64,000 bases of DNA from Pseudomonadota bacterium (GTDB lineage Bacteria; Bdellovibrionota_C; UBA2361; OMII01). Each line of letters starts with the position of its first letter. Within the stretch, counting starts at the first letter, position 1. The position numbers and the translations under genes are program-made. Below the pieces are notes generated by a model. The model worked only from the letters and a program-made list of their open reading frames with translations, searched no databases and was not told the origin of the DNA. The stretch is from positions 35,596-99,595 of the forward strand of contig JAYPVM010000010.1 in NCBI GenBank assembly GCA_038134595.1. Direction: 5' to 3'. Positions 9,177 to 19,570 of the stretch are shown in pieces.

Positions 9177-10904
9177 ATGATGCGATTAAATCTATTAGTG
9201 CAGTTTGTATCCCTTGCCCTCATGTGTACTTTCGCATGTATGTTTTTCACCAGCACATCTCTTGCAGTATCCCATCCATTGGAATCATGGTTTTACGTAG
9301 TCAATCTTCACAACAATAGTTACGTAAGCTTACGACAAGATCACATCAGTCAAATTATAAATTATCTCACGTCAGTAAGCACCTTAGCTGAACGCCCCTT
9401 AGTACTACTTTTTCCCCTACTAGTAGGACTATCTGGCTATATAAATCTTGTATGTAAGAAAAGTGGCTTTCAGCTCATCACCATGAGTCTTATACCTATA
9501 GCCCTAGTTCTTTATACCTCAGGAATAGATCCCCTGATCCTGGCAACCATCGGATGGAGCCCACTATGCGCTCTACTGCTTTATCGTGTTATACACACAG
9601 CTCCAAACTGGCAAACCGCCGTGGCTTTTGCTCTCACAAGCGTAGAACTAGCATCTACAGCCAATAGCACCGCATTTCTAGCTTTGCTGGTGTGTCTTGC
9701 ACTTCTCACGATAGCTGAGCACGCAACCGAACGCTCTTCACACCGCACCTCGCGCCGCAACTGGGCTCTTTTGACTCTTTTTCTTCCGTCTGCTTGGATT
9801 CTAGTGACTCTTCCAGCACCTCCCTTCTTTGACCTGCCAAAGACAGCCCACATCCTCTCTTTAGACCCATCGAATGACAACGTCTATCTTCCGATGATAG
9901 GCCGCGCGCCGCTATTTCCAATTATCGACTATCAAAATCTCTACAACCAAATCGCACCGATCTCAGCCCTACTTTTAGGACTATCAGGGGCGCTTTTGCT
10001 ACTCGGTACTATTGAACAACGAGCTTTATGGAAGAGGGTCTTGCTGAGGGTTATAGTACTACTAACTATTCTTCGATGCACTCCGCTGATTCCAGACCAA
10101 TGGGTAGCTATCAGCCCTCTTATCAGTCTCTCTAGGATTATCCCATGGGCTTCATTCTATGCCCTACCAGCTATCCTCCTCGGTATTATCTCGCTTTTTG
10201 TCGGCCTTGCATTAAGCATCCAAAGTCGCTCACTCATAGCTAGCTCTCTAACACTTGGCTTTGGAGTTATAACGACACTGCTAAGCACAAACAACATCGC
10301 GCCACTTTTGTATCAATCAATCGCGGAGGCATCTGCTCCTCTTGCACCAGCACTCTTATCTCCATCTGCCACTCTTATAAGGCGATTTAAAGAAAACTCG
10401 TCTCTCCTACTTTCACATCTGCAACACACTGAAAAGATATTATCCCAAGAGCCGCTCAATGCCGCAAAGATCGGTGCGACAATCTCGATTCATCCGGCAC
10501 CAACAATAGAGGCTCTACAAGCATCTCGCCGCACGGACTCTCAAGGAAGATGGTCTCCCAGAACAGGTCGACAAACTGGACGAGAGCTGCTCACAATTGC
10601 GCTCCCACGTCCCATGACCATAACTGCGGTAGAGCTCGATCCAGGCAGTTACTTTAGCGATTACCCAAGAGGTCTTGACATATCAGGAGGTGATTGCTCC
10701 TCAAAATCCATTACCCATATTACAACTATCAGGAAGTGGCATGGTCCTTTGCGCATTACTCCGATGGGGCTACCATTCTACGACGTGCCGCATAACGTGA
10801 CGGTAGTCTTTCCTAAAGAGCATACCGTCACCTGTCTCTATGTACGACAGACTGGAAAAGCCTCTGTTGATTGGTCGGTCACCAAGATAAAACTGTATCA
10901 ATAG
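9177..10904 (+). CDS. Polytopic membrane protein with C-terminal discoidin/F5-8 type C (CBM32-like) domain
   Basis: About 370 aa of TM-rich sequence, then D...RWS...Q...ELLTIAL...AVELDPG...DYPRG...QTG...WSV, a discoidin-like pattern. It starts 5 bp after the previous gene. Confidence 0.6.
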   Translation: MMRLNLLVQFVSLALMCTFACMFFTSTSLAVSHPLESWFYVVNLHNNSYVSLRQDHISQIINYLTSVSTLAERPLVLLFPLLVGLSGYINLVCKKSGFQLITMSLIPIALVLYTSGIDPLILATIGWSPLCALLLYRVIHTAPNWQTAVAFALTSVELASTANSTAFLALLVCLALLTIAEHATERSSHRTSRRNWALLTLFLPSAWILVTLPAPPFFDLPKTAHILSLDPSNDNVYLPMIGRAPLFPIIDYQNLYNQIAPISALLLGLSGALLLLGTIEQRALWKRVLLRVIVLLTILRCTPLIPDQWVAISPLISLSRIIPWASFYALPAILLGIISLFVGLALSIQSRSLIASSLTLGFGVITTLLSTNNIAPLLYQSIAEASAPLAPALLSPSATLIRRFKENSSLLLSHLQHTEKILSQEPLNAAKIGATISIHPAPTIEALQASRRTDSQGRWSPRTGRQTGRELLTIALPRPMTITAVELDPGSYFSDYPRGLDISGGDCSSKSITHITTIRKWHGPLRITPMGLPFYDVPHNVTVVFPKEHTVTCLYVRQTGKASVDWSVTKIKLYQ

Positions 10905-10983
10905 GCTAAGATACCTTGGCAACGAGGCGCGTTGAATTAAACAATATAAATTTAGCGTGGTCAGATTTCCGCAATCACTTTAT

Positions 10984-12234
10984 CTACAGCAAATGTCCCA
11001 ATTTCTCTCGCTTCGTATCTAAATACTCTCTATTGCAGGGATCCGAAGGAACTATCATCGGGATTCGGTCACTAACTTCAATACCGTTTTCCTCCAAGGA
11101 GCGACTCTTGTTTGGATTATTAGTAATCAATCGAACCTTGGAAACTTTGAGAAGCTGTAACATGTGCGCCGCAACCGCAAAATCTCTCTCATCTGCTTGA
11201 AATCCGAGCTCAATATTCGCTTCGACGGTATCTCTTCCCTGATCTTGAAGTGCATAGGCCCGTAACTTATTCTCTAATCCAATCCCCCTTCCTTCCTGGC
11301 GCAAATACAAAAGTACCCCCGTGCCTTCCTCTTGAATAATGTGCATTGCACCATCTAATTGGGGACCACAATCGCAGCGACGACTACCAAATACATCCCC
11401 CGTCAAACACTCTGAATGGATACGAACTGGAGGAACATACGATGCGGGCAGTTCTCTTATATTTCCCCGTACCAATGCAAAATGCTCTTTATTTCCAGCA
11501 TCATCTGCAAAAACATGCATTACAAACTCTCCATAATCAGTCTTTACATCCTCTACCGAGCGCAACCGAACCGATGTCTCATTTCGATTTCGATAGTCGA
11601 TAATCGACTGAATGGAAGTTATCGGCAGATCATGCTTTTTGGCAAAATCTTTCAATTGATTCCCACGGGCCATAGTACCGTCGACATTGAGCACCTCACA
11701 CAGAACACCCGAAGGCTCTAACCCAGCTAATCTTGCCAAATCCAGCGCACCTTCGGTATGCCCCCGACGACCCAAAACACCCGCGTCGTTTGCAATTAAA
11801 GGAAAAACATATCCCGGTACAACTAGGTCTTCGGCCTGAGCATCCTCTGAAATCATCCTGCGAATGGTCTCTGAACGAGCCGTAGCAGTAACGCCCCGAT
11901 CAACCACATCTCGATGGTCGACACTGACAGCAAATGGGGTTTGAAACGGAGAATTATTGGTAGATACTTGATATGGCAAATTAAGGCGTCGTGCCGCATC
12001 AGTAGAAATCGCAACGCATATCAGCCCCCTAGCCTCCCGCATCATAAAGGCAATAATCTCAGGAGTGGCAAACTGAGCCGCGACAATGACATCACCCTCA
12101 TTCTCTCGATCGGAGTCATCTATCACCACCACAGGGCGCCCTTCAGCAACAGACTCCAAGATCCTCTCAAAGGGATCTTCAACAAGGGCTGAAGAGGTAT
12201 CGGCTTCCGTGCTACTCATCATCTCTTGCATCAA
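10984..12234 (-). CDS. ribBA: Bifunctional 3,4-dihydroxy-2-butanone-4-phosphate synthase / GTP cyclohydrolase II
   Basis: Motifs DRENEGD, RRGHTE, RIHSECLTGDVFGSRRCDCG and RQEGRGIGL. Confidence 0.97.
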   Translation of the reverse strand: MMQEMMSSTEADTSSALVEDPFERILESVAEGRPVVVIDDSDRENEGDVIVAAQFATPEIIAFMMREARGLICVAISTDAARRLNLPYQVSTNNSPFQTPFAVSVDHRDVVDRGVTATARSETIRRMISEDAQAEDLVVPGYVFPLIANDAGVLGRRGHTEGALDLARLAGLEPSGVLCEVLNVDGTMARGNQLKDFAKKHDLPITSIQSIIDYRNRNETSVRLRSVEDVKTDYGEFVMHVFADDAGNKEHFALVRGNIRELPASYVPPVRIHSECLTGDVFGSRRCDCGPQLDGAMHIIQEEGTGVLLYLRQEGRGIGLENKLRAYALQDQGRDTVEANIELGFQADERDFAVAAHMLQLLKVSKVRLITNNPNKSRSLEENGIEVSDRIPMIVPSDPCNREYLDTKREKLGHLL

Positions 12235-12236
12235 TG

Positions 12237-12710
12237 TTATTTAGCCGGAGTGTCAGCCTCTGAATCATTTCCACCCAAACTCTCAAGGGTATCAACAAAC
12301 TGACTTACATCAGAAAACTCTCGATAGACTGAAGCAAATCGGACATACGCTATCTTATCCATATTGCGCAACTCATCCATCACAAGCTCACCGATATACT
12401 GACTCTCCACCTCTTTTTGAAATAATTCATGAAGCTTCTTCTCCATCCGTTCAACAGCAACATCAATCGATTGCATGCTTACCGGACGCTTCTCACAAGC
12501 CCTTCTCAAGCCATTGCGTATCTTTTCTCTATCAAAGGGCTCCCGAGCACCGTCTTTCTTCACAATTACTGGGAGAGCGTACTCGATCCGCTCATATGTA
12601 GTAAAACGCACCCCGCAGACATTGCATTCTCGACGGCGGCGGATAGCTCCCGCATCACTTCGAGAATCCGTTACTGACGTATCACCTGAGCTACACTTTG
12701 GACACAACAT
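12237..12710 (-). CDS. nrdR: Transcriptional repressor NrdR
   Basis: CPKC...[18 protein letters not shown] zinc ribbon, ATP-cone, and [12 protein letters not shown]. Confidence 0.97.
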   Translation of the reverse strand: MLCPKCSSGDTSVTDSRSDAGAIRRRRECNVCGVRFTTYERIEYALPVIVKKDGAREPFDREKIRNGLRRACEKRPVSMQSIDVAVERMEKKLHELFQKEVESQYIGELVMDELRNMDKIAYVRFASVYREFSDVSQFVDTLESLGGNDSEADTPAK

Positions 12711-12715
12711 AGATG

Positions 12716-14011
12716 CTACGCGACGAGTCGATGTTTATATAAAGGGAAATTTTTACTAAGCGACTCAACTTCGCTTCGAATCGTATTGAGCTCTGATTCG
12801 GAATCTCTTGCTTGTATCGCCCTTACTATCAATCCAGCTATTTCCTTCATCTCAGCCTCACCCATACCACGAGTAGTTAATGCTGGAGTTCCAAGACGAA
12901 TACCACTACAAACAGTCGGCGGCTGTGGATCGAAGGGAATAGTATTTTTATTTCCCGTGATTCCAACGGAATCAAGAACGTGCTCTGCGACCTTGCCGGA
13001 TACTTCTATCGGCCGAAGGTCTACAAGTAGCAAATGACTATCCGTACCACCCGAGACAATCTCCAATCCCTGCGAAATTAATTCACTCGATAATGCCCGA
13101 GCATTTACTACAACTTGGTGTGCGTACTGCTTAAATGATTCCGTTGCTGCCTCACGAAGCATAACCGCTTTGGCAGCTATCGTGTGCATATGCGGTCCCC
13201 CTTGAAGTCCAGGAAACACAGCCTTGTTAATTGCTTTTCGGTGTTGCTCGCGGCCTAAAATCATCCCGGAACGAGGTCCTCGTAATGTTTTATGCGTCGT
13301 TGTTGTGACAATATCTGCATATGGAACGGGCGATGGATAGGAACCGCCAGCTATCAAACCTGCGTAATGAGCCACATCCGCCATGAATATAGCACCTATC
13401 TCATCCGCCACTTCCCGAAATAGCTTCCAATCTATAGTACGCGAATACGCTGAAGCCCCCGCGATGATAAGCTTTGGCCTGTGCTCTAATGCTAAGGCAC
13501 GAACCTGCTCTGGATCAATTAAACTATCAACATCGCGCACTCCATATCCCACAACATTGTAGTGCTTCCCTGTAAAGTTCACCGGACTTCCGTGTGAGAG
13601 ATGTCCCCCGTGGTCTAGACGAAGCCCCATAAACGTATCACCCGGCTTTAAAAAAGCCTCAAATACGGCTTGATTAGCCTGTACGCCTGAATGGGGCTGC
13701 ACGTTAGCAAATTCCGCTCCAAATACCTGGCACGCCCGAGCACTTGCAATCTCCTCCACTTCATCCACTACATGACAACCTCCATAGTAGCGTCGCCGAG
13801 GTTGTCCTTCGGCATACTTATTCGTAAGCACAGATCCCATCGCTTCCAAGACTGCCTCGCTTACAAAATTCTCACTTGGAATCATCTCCAAACCGAATTC
13901 CTGCCGTGAAGTTTCATTTTGAATGAGTGCGTAGATTTCAGGATCAACTTCAAGTAAATCTCTCGTTCGCTCTTCATATCCGGGTGTTGTCATATCTTTT
14001 CCTCTCGCCAC
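12716..14011 (-). CDS. glyA: Serine hydroxymethyltransferase
   Basis: Motifs SENF, NKYAEG, GGHLSHG and [11 protein letters not shown]. The true start may be ATG 13993, which follows AGAGGA. Confidence 0.98.
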   Translation of the reverse strand: MARGKDMTTPGYEERTRDLLEVDPEIYALIQNETSRQEFGLEMIPSENFVSEAVLEAMGSVLTNKYAEGQPRRRYYGGCHVVDEVEEIASARACQVFGAEFANVQPHSGVQANQAVFEAFLKPGDTFMGLRLDHGGHLSHGSPVNFTGKHYNVVGYGVRDVDSLIDPEQVRALALEHRPKLIIAGASAYSRTIDWKLFREVADEIGAIFMADVAHYAGLIAGGSYPSPVPYADIVTTTTHKTLRGPRSGMILGREQHRKAINKAVFPGLQGGPHMHTIAAKAVMLREAATESFKQYAHQVVVNARALSSELISQGLEIVSGGTDSHLLLVDLRPIEVSGKVAEHVLDSVGITGNKNTIPFDPQPPTVCSGIRLGTPALTTRGMGEAEMKEIAGLIVRAIQARDSESELNTIRSEVESLSKNFPLYKHRLVA

Positions 14012-14081
14012 CTAAATAAACTCTTCCAGCACCGTATCCCTTTAATCGCTTTTCAAAAAGAATAATCTATCTTGAGCAAAT

Positions 14082-14106
14082 AAAAAAGGACCCCTAAAGG
14101 TCCTTT
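14082..14106 (-). terminator. Probable intrinsic terminator downstream of acpP
   Basis: 8-bp stem AAAGGACC/GGTCCTTT with a 6-nt loop, running into a T-run on the minus strand. Confidence 0.6.
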
Positions 14107-14155
14107 AAGCATAGCAGATCCTCTCACTAGCCGTGAGAGAATTAATCTACAAATG

Positions 14156-14401
14156 TTATGCTTTCTTTGACTGAATGTATTTCGTTACATCCTCTACAGT
14201 CTGGATCTTCTCAGCATCCTCGTCTGGAATCTCCATATCATACTCCTCTTCGAGGGCCATGATAAGTTCAACGATGTCTAGAGAATCTGCGCCCAAATCC
14301 TCAATAAATGAAGCCTGAGGAGTAACTTCCTCCAAGCTGACACCCAGCTGCTCTACAATAATCGATTTAACTCGCTCTGATATCTCCTCAGGTGTTGCCA
14401 T
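14156..14401 (-). CDS. acpP: Acyl carrier protein
   Basis: [12 protein letters not shown] phosphopantetheine motif. AGGAG lies upstream of ATG 14401. Confidence 0.98.
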   Translation of the reverse strand: MATPEEISERVKSIIVEQLGVSLEEVTPQASFIEDLGADSLDIVELIMALEEEYDMEIPDEDAEKIQTVEDVTKYIQSKKA

Positions 14402-15017
14402 GAAGCTCACGTCTCCTAAACGTTAATTAAATTTACAATAAAAAGCTCGATCACGGGCACACTGCACCCTATCAACCAGATAGCCTTTGCACTTCTGCAA
14501 AGCTAGGCAAACGCATCACTTAAAGCTGTCTCTGCAAATCCCACTTTCTCAATGTATCTACAGTTTAAACAGCGATGCCCGCGTTACCTCGAGCAAAATA
14601 CAACCCCCAGATCTAATTAGACAATGCATAAATAGTCAAGAGGTTCTACGACAACTTTACTGCAAAAAGAGCGCTTTTCTCCCTCGAGCATCCAAAAATT
14701 TCTATATTTCAGGGTGTTATATACTCCCAGTATCACAGAAAAACGCACCACATATTCAGAATTTTCGCACAATAACAGCTGAGTATTGGCGGAAAAATAA
14801 GTACTTAATTTTTTAATGACAATGGTGGAGAGACATCATGCATAAAGCTCCCAACCACAAACCGAATAGTGGCAATCGCAAGGCAGGTATTAGACTCACC
14901 TTGATAAAACTTCTTCTCGTATTGAAGGCTTTTTCAAATTCCCTTACTGCCGATCCTCTTCGAAGTGAATATCTCTGATCTTTTTTGAGGGCAAACGGAC
15001 ACAATCTCATGAGAGAT

Positions 15018-15764
15018 TTACATATACATGCCACCGTTTATTCCGATGACTTGACCGGTGATATATGCCGCTTGTTCTGACGCAAGAAAACTCACGAGAC
15101 TAGCCACTTCATCTGCTTGTCCATAACGACCTAGCGGTATTGCCTTCATGTGCTCCTCACGGAGCTTTTCATCAAGCGCTGATGTCATATCGGTCTCAAT
15201 AAATCCCGGAGTGACGGCATTTACCGTCACACCTCGGCTTGCAAGCTCTTTGGCCAAAGCTTTAGTCATTCCTAGCAAACCTGCCTTTGAGGATACGTAG
15301 GGAACTTGCCCCGCATTACCCATTTCACCAACAACGGAAGAAATATTTACAATACGACCCTTCTTAGCCTTAAGCATCAATCTGGCCGCTGCTCTCGAGC
15401 AGAAAAAGGCTCCATTCAAATTTACATCCAACGTTGCCAACCACTCCTCATCTTTCATGCGAAGCACAAGACCATCTCTTGATATTCCAGCATTGTTAAC
15501 AAGAATATCGAGTCGCCCATGTCGTGACTTAATGCCATCAAATGCATCCTCTACAGCTTGACTGTCCTGCACAGAAAACTTCACGACCTCTCCATCAGAT
15601 CCGACTTCTCGAATTTGATTGAGCGTCTCCTGAGCGGCCTCAGGAGAAGAAGAATAATTGACCAACACATATGAACCATGTCGAGCCAGGTCGACAGCAA
15701 TAGCTCGTCCAATTCCCCGAGAAGCCCCCGTTACTAATGCGATGCTCTTACTTTGTTCTTCCAT
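15018..15764 (-). CDS. fabG: 3-oxoacyl-ACP reductase
   Basis: Motifs TGASRGIG, NNAG, YVSSK, PGFIETDMT and INGGMYM; fab gene context. Confidence 0.96.
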   Translation of the reverse strand: MEEQSKSIALVTGASRGIGRAIAVDLARHGSYVLVNYSSSPEAAQETLNQIREVGSDGEVVKFSVQDSQAVEDAFDGIKSRHGRLDILVNNAGISRDGLVLRMKDEEWLATLDVNLNGAFFCSRAAARLMLKAKKGRIVNISSVVGEMGNAGQVPYVSSKAGLLGMTKALAKELASRGVTVNAVTPGFIETDMTSALDEKLREEHMKAIPLGRYGQADEVASLVSFLASEQAAYITGQVIGINGGMYM

Positions 15765-16920
15765 TTCCCTCTCCCGTTAACCGTTGCTCTCTGTTCACCA
15801 TCTTCGTTTGGTTTGATTTCTTGTCGAGTGCTCCTGCCACCCCATTGGAGCCTCCCATATCCACAGAACTGATCTTAGTATCCAGGACACTTAGCGAAGT
15901 GCGAAGACTATCAAGCACACGTTGCTCAATAAAATGATGCGCAACCTTGATCCCGTTCATCACGGCTCTCTCCTTCGATGAACCGTGGCACTTAATTGCG
16001 ACCTCTCCTAACCCCAACAATGGAGCTCCTCCGTAGGCACTCGGGTCAAGCTTGTTTCGCAACACACCCTTTAACGAAGTTCGTGCTAACCACATGCCCA
16101 GCTTGCCTCGAATACTGCTCGAAGCGACCTCCTTTAAAGAATCGACAACTAATCCGACACAGCCCTCAACCGCTTTAAGAACGATATTTCCAACAAACCC
16201 ATCGCATACAACAACGTCAACAACATCTTGAGCGATATCTCTTCCCTCGACATATCCGATAAAGTTTATATCTTCCAACTCGCCGAGCATCATCGCCGCC
16301 GAACGAATCACATCTGTTCCCTTAGCGAGTTCGGTGCCGTTTGAGAGAAGCGCTACTCTCGGCTTCTCACAGCCTAGGGCCGAAACTGCATAGTGATGTC
16401 CCATCAAGGCAAATTGAACAAGCTGGTATGCATGGCATCCAATATTAGCGCCCGCATCAAGCAGTATCGTTGGAATAGTGGAATTTCCTTTGGGGATAAT
16501 CGACGCAATTGCTGGACGAGCTATCCCAGGCAACGTGCCCGCAACAAACACACCAGCTGCCATCAATGCGCCTGTATTACCCAGACTGACAACTGCACTT
16601 GCCTTCTGCTGCTTGACCAGGTCGAATGCAATCCTCACCGATGAGTCCTGCTTACCTCGTATGGCAAGGCCGGGCGACTCCTCCATACCAACCACTTGCG
16701 AGGCGTGGTACACTTCGATAGGAAGTGAATCTCTATCTGAAAAACGATCGAGGTGTGTATTTATCTCGTCTTTGGCTCCTACAAGAATCGACGAGATTCC
16801 AAATTCACGTGCCGCGCACACAGCGCCTTCAACAACCACTTGAGGGCCATGATCTCCCCCCATGACATCGACTGCTATGGGTAGGGAATCTCCCTGTCTA
16901 GTTGAATCTGAAGAATTCAC
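15748..16920 (-). CDS. plsX: Phosphate acyltransferase PlsX
   Basis: Motifs AVDVMGGD, GNTGA, LDAGAN, CDGFVGNIVLK and YGGAPLLG; follows rpmF. Confidence 0.96.
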   Translation of the reverse strand: MNSSDSTRQGDSLPIAVDVMGGDHGPQVVVEGAVCAAREFGISSILVGAKDEINTHLDRFSDRDSLPIEVYHASQVVGMEESPGLAIRGKQDSSVRIAFDLVKQQKASAVVSLGNTGALMAAGVFVAGTLPGIARPAIASIIPKGNSTIPTILLDAGANIGCHAYQLVQFALMGHHYAVSALGCEKPRVALLSNGTELAKGTDVIRSAAMMLGELEDINFIGYVEGRDIAQDVVDVVVCDGFVGNIVLKAVEGCVGLVVDSLKEVASSSIRGKLGMWLARTSLKGVLRNKLDPSAYGGAPLLGLGEVAIKCHGSSKERAVMNGIKVAHHFIEQRVLDSLRTSLSVLDTKISSVDMGGSNGVAGALDKKSNQTKMVNREQRLTGEGNGRTK

Positions 16921-16948
16921 GAAAAACCGATTCTCTAACTATGGAACC

Positions 16949-17131
16949 TTACGCAGCTTTACCAGCTGTTATCTCTTTACCCCTGTACGTGCCACAACTT
17001 CCACACGCTCGGTGAGGGAGTACTGGTTCAGCACATTTCGGACATACTATTGAATGTGAACGTTCTAGAGAGTGATGAGACCTTCTCATGTTTCGCTTTG
17101 AACGAGATGTTCTTTTCTTTGGAACTGCCAT
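16949..17131 (-). CDS. rpmF: 50S ribosomal protein L32 (zinc-ribbon type)
   Basis: MAVPKKRTSRSKRNMRRSH...CPKC...PHRACGSCG. Confidence 0.97.
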   Translation of the reverse strand: MAVPKKRTSRSKRNMRRSHHSLERSHSIVCPKCAEPVLPHRACGSCGTYRGKEITAGKAA

Positions 17132-17198
17132 AAAAATACCAATATGAAATCAAAAATAACCCCGGAATTCTACCACGGTTCGGTAGTAAAACTCAACT

Positions 17199-18479
17199 CT
17201 ACCACTTATCACTTCCGTGTGTTAACGGATGTAAAACTGGAATAAATGGATGTTTACTCAAAAAATTCCGGATACATAACAGATATGCACCTAAAAACCC
17301 AATAAAAACGCCTACTTCTGTAAGTCCTAAGGGAATGCTATTTGGACTAATCTCCGGCATAATTATCAAATACCTATCCAACCAGACCCCGGTCATAAGA
17401 ATTATGCAAACCGTAGCATACGTAATTCTGTTCTTCTTAACATCCCGGCTAAGTAAAGAGATGAACGGAACTACGAAACACATTGGAAATACTACCCAAG
17501 CAAGCCCCTTCCACGGAAACTCCCGGGTACGAAGAATCAACCACTGCGTCTCCTCCGGCAGGTTACCGTACCACTGTGTCAAGAACTGAGACCAAAACAT
17601 GTATCCCCAGAGCATACAGAATCCCAGATTCAACTTACCGAGATCCCAAAACTGCTGTGAGGTTATAAGTGCCCCAAATTCCTTCTTTCGTGAAGAAAAG
17701 AACATCGTCATCAAAGCCAAGCCAGCCCATCCAATATAAATTTGACTGACAAAAATGAAGGCACCAAAAAGATTGGAGTACCACGTCGGATTTTGTCCCA
17801 TTATCATCTCAAAGGCAAAAAGCGACGTCGTTACCACATAAAAGAAGACAACTACAGGGCCGTTTACCGACATCTTCCGCTGAAGAGGTATTACCTCACG
17901 TTCAGCACCCTTCCATCCTCGCAAAAGATAGTCATGGATTGGGAGCCGCCAGAAACTCTTATTGCCAGAGCGCTCTCGGGCAAGACCCACATCTCCACGC
18001 AAAGACATACCCACAAAACGAGACATCAATAAATACGTGACAAAGAACAAAATTGCGAAGCGAGTATAAACAAAACCAGGCTGCATCCAGAATTCTCGCC
18101 CTGGCATCGGCTTTGTTCCCCAGTAAAACAAATACTCACGGCCAAAATAGGTCGTTAAAAAAAGTACAAACGCCACCGGAAAAAATGCGACGTTTGCTTC
18201 TGCTAATCTTCGAACTGGAGCTCCCCAAGTTGCTCGAACAATTTGCATAATAACCGCAGTCATGACACCTCCAAGTGCCAAGCCTTGAAAGTAAACGACA
18301 TTAACAAAAAACGCTCCCCAGGTCGTAGCGGCATCTCCGAATATCAATCCGTAAGAGAATACGAAAACACCTAAAAACACCATGAGCCATAGTTTTGAAT
18401 ACGTGGATGCCTTTACCTCTATTGGGCCAGCATCAACCACCTCTTCAATGTTAACTGGAAGTATATGTACGTGTGACAT
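17199..18479 (-). CDS. actF: Alternative complex III membrane subunit ActF
   Basis: About 10 TMs with motifs WYSNLFG, DLGKL, FSQ-like WSQFLTQWYGNLPEET; last gene of the act operon. Confidence 0.85.
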   Translation of the reverse strand: MSHVHILPVNIEEVVDAGPIEVKASTYSKLWLMVFLGVFVFSYGLIFGDAATTWGAFFVNVVYFQGLALGGVMTAVIMQIVRATWGAPVRRLAEANVAFFPVAFVLFLTTYFGREYLFYWGTKPMPGREFWMQPGFVYTRFAILFFVTYLLMSRFVGMSLRGDVGLARERSGNKSFWRLPIHDYLLRGWKGAEREVIPLQRKMSVNGPVVVFFYVVTTSLFAFEMIMGQNPTWYSNLFGAFIFVSQIYIGWAGLALMTMFFSSRKKEFGALITSQQFWDLGKLNLGFCMLWGYMFWSQFLTQWYGNLPEETQWLILRTREFPWKGLAWVVFPMCFVVPFISLLSRDVKKNRITYATVCIILMTGVWLDRYLIIMPEISPNSIPLGLTEVGVFIGFLGAYLLCIRNFLSKHPFIPVLHPLTHGSDKW

Positions 18480-18494
18480 CTCTCTTAACCTTTT

Positions 18495-19007
18495 CTAATT
18501 TACACCCTGCTGACTTCGGACATAATTCACAATGTCCCAATGCTCTGTTGGAGAAAGCTTCCAACCATGGCCCGGCATTAGCCGAAGGCCGAAATGAATC
18601 GTTGCATAAATGCTTCCGTCAGTACGAGTTTTATACATCTCGTGAGTCAAATCTGGCGGCGTTTGAAGAGCCTTTGCACCCACGTTTCCTGGAGCGTACG
18701 GCTTCTTACTAATATCTCCGTGACACGGTAAGCAGTTAACTGCGAACAAACGCTTGCCGTTAAGGGTCGATTGCTTGTTGCCCTTGAGAGGATTCTGAAG
18801 AGCTTCAGCGGCCTCCCGATCCTCCACGTAATACTTTGACATTCCAATCGCAACGGTGCCTGGAGCTTTTTGTCTCATAATTACTCCAGTGCGCTTCTGA
18901 ACTGCCACCATATCATCGTTAAACGGAAGAGCTTGCAAGTTTTCAAGCCCCGTCATCAACACCACTGCGAAACTCAACGTACCTAATACATATCGAGTAA
19001 CTCTCAT
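18495..19007 (-). CDS. actE: Alternative complex III monoheme cytochrome c ActE
   Basis: Signal peptide, single CLPCH, DG.IY..I..G...MP and WDIVNYVR. Confidence 0.85.
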   Translation of the reverse strand: MRVTRYVLGTLSFAVVLMTGLENLQALPFNDDMVAVQKRTGVIMRQKAPGTVAIGMSKYYVEDREAAEALQNPLKGNKQSTLNGKRLFAVNCLPCHGDISKKPYAPGNVGAKALQTPPDLTHEMYKTRTDGSIYATIHFGLRLMPGHGWKLSPTEHWDIVNYVRSQQGVN

Positions 19008-19031
19008 GAGCCCCTCACCCCTTATTTCTTT

Positions 19032-19550
19032 TTACAAACTATCCTGAATATCAACCTCATCCGCACCTGAATCCGAGAGCTGTTGCTTCACCGCGTCAAC
19101 TTGACTTCCCATACAAGCAACAACAACACCGAATTTATCATGCGAAAACCTCGGATCGTACCCTGCGGCTCTTACCACCGTTGGAATGCGGCAAAATATG
19201 AGGATAGCCAGCAGTGTTCCAAGCCCACCGAACAAAATCGTCCACTCATAACCAGGCACAAAAAATGCGGGTATTGATGCGATGTTTTTTGCACTTGTGC
19301 GCATCGGCCAATCCAACGAGCACATAATCGCCAACGTAAATCCACACATACACCCAGTCATAGCGGCAATGAGGGAGACGGTGCGTACTGGACTCTTTTC
19401 CGGATACGTAACCTCTTCAATCTCGTGACGAGGTACCGGCGAATACATCCGGTAATCCAAATTTGATTCCTTCACCTTTTTCACAGCTTCCAAGGCATCA
19501 TCTAAATAGGTGAATATGCCTACAACTGCTCTACTTGATGACTCAACCAT
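19032..19550 (-). CDS. actD: Alternative complex III subunit ActD (DUF3341)
   Basis: YSPVP.H, two TMs, PAFFVPGYEWTILF and DPRFSHDKF. Confidence 0.88.
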   Translation of the reverse strand: MVESSSRAVVGIFTYLDDALEAVKKVKESNLDYRMYSPVPRHEIEEVTYPEKSPVRTVSLIAAMTGCMCGFTLAIMCSLDWPMRTSAKNIASIPAFFVPGYEWTILFGGLGTLLAILIFCRIPTVVRAAGYDPRFSHDKFGVVVACMGSQVDAVKQQLSDSGADEVDIQDSL

Positions 19551-19570
19551 AGCAACGACCTCTTTAACTC

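Noticed and set aside
12234..12240. FMN riboswitch ahead of ribBA or ribD
   Set aside because: ribBA abuts nrdR and ribD has only an ~80-bp divergent spacer; there is no room for one and no RFN consensus.
14487..15034. Short ORFs (109 aa plus strand, 73 aa minus strand) in the fabG-acpP gap
   Set aside because: They have weak starts, no clear RBS and atypical composition.
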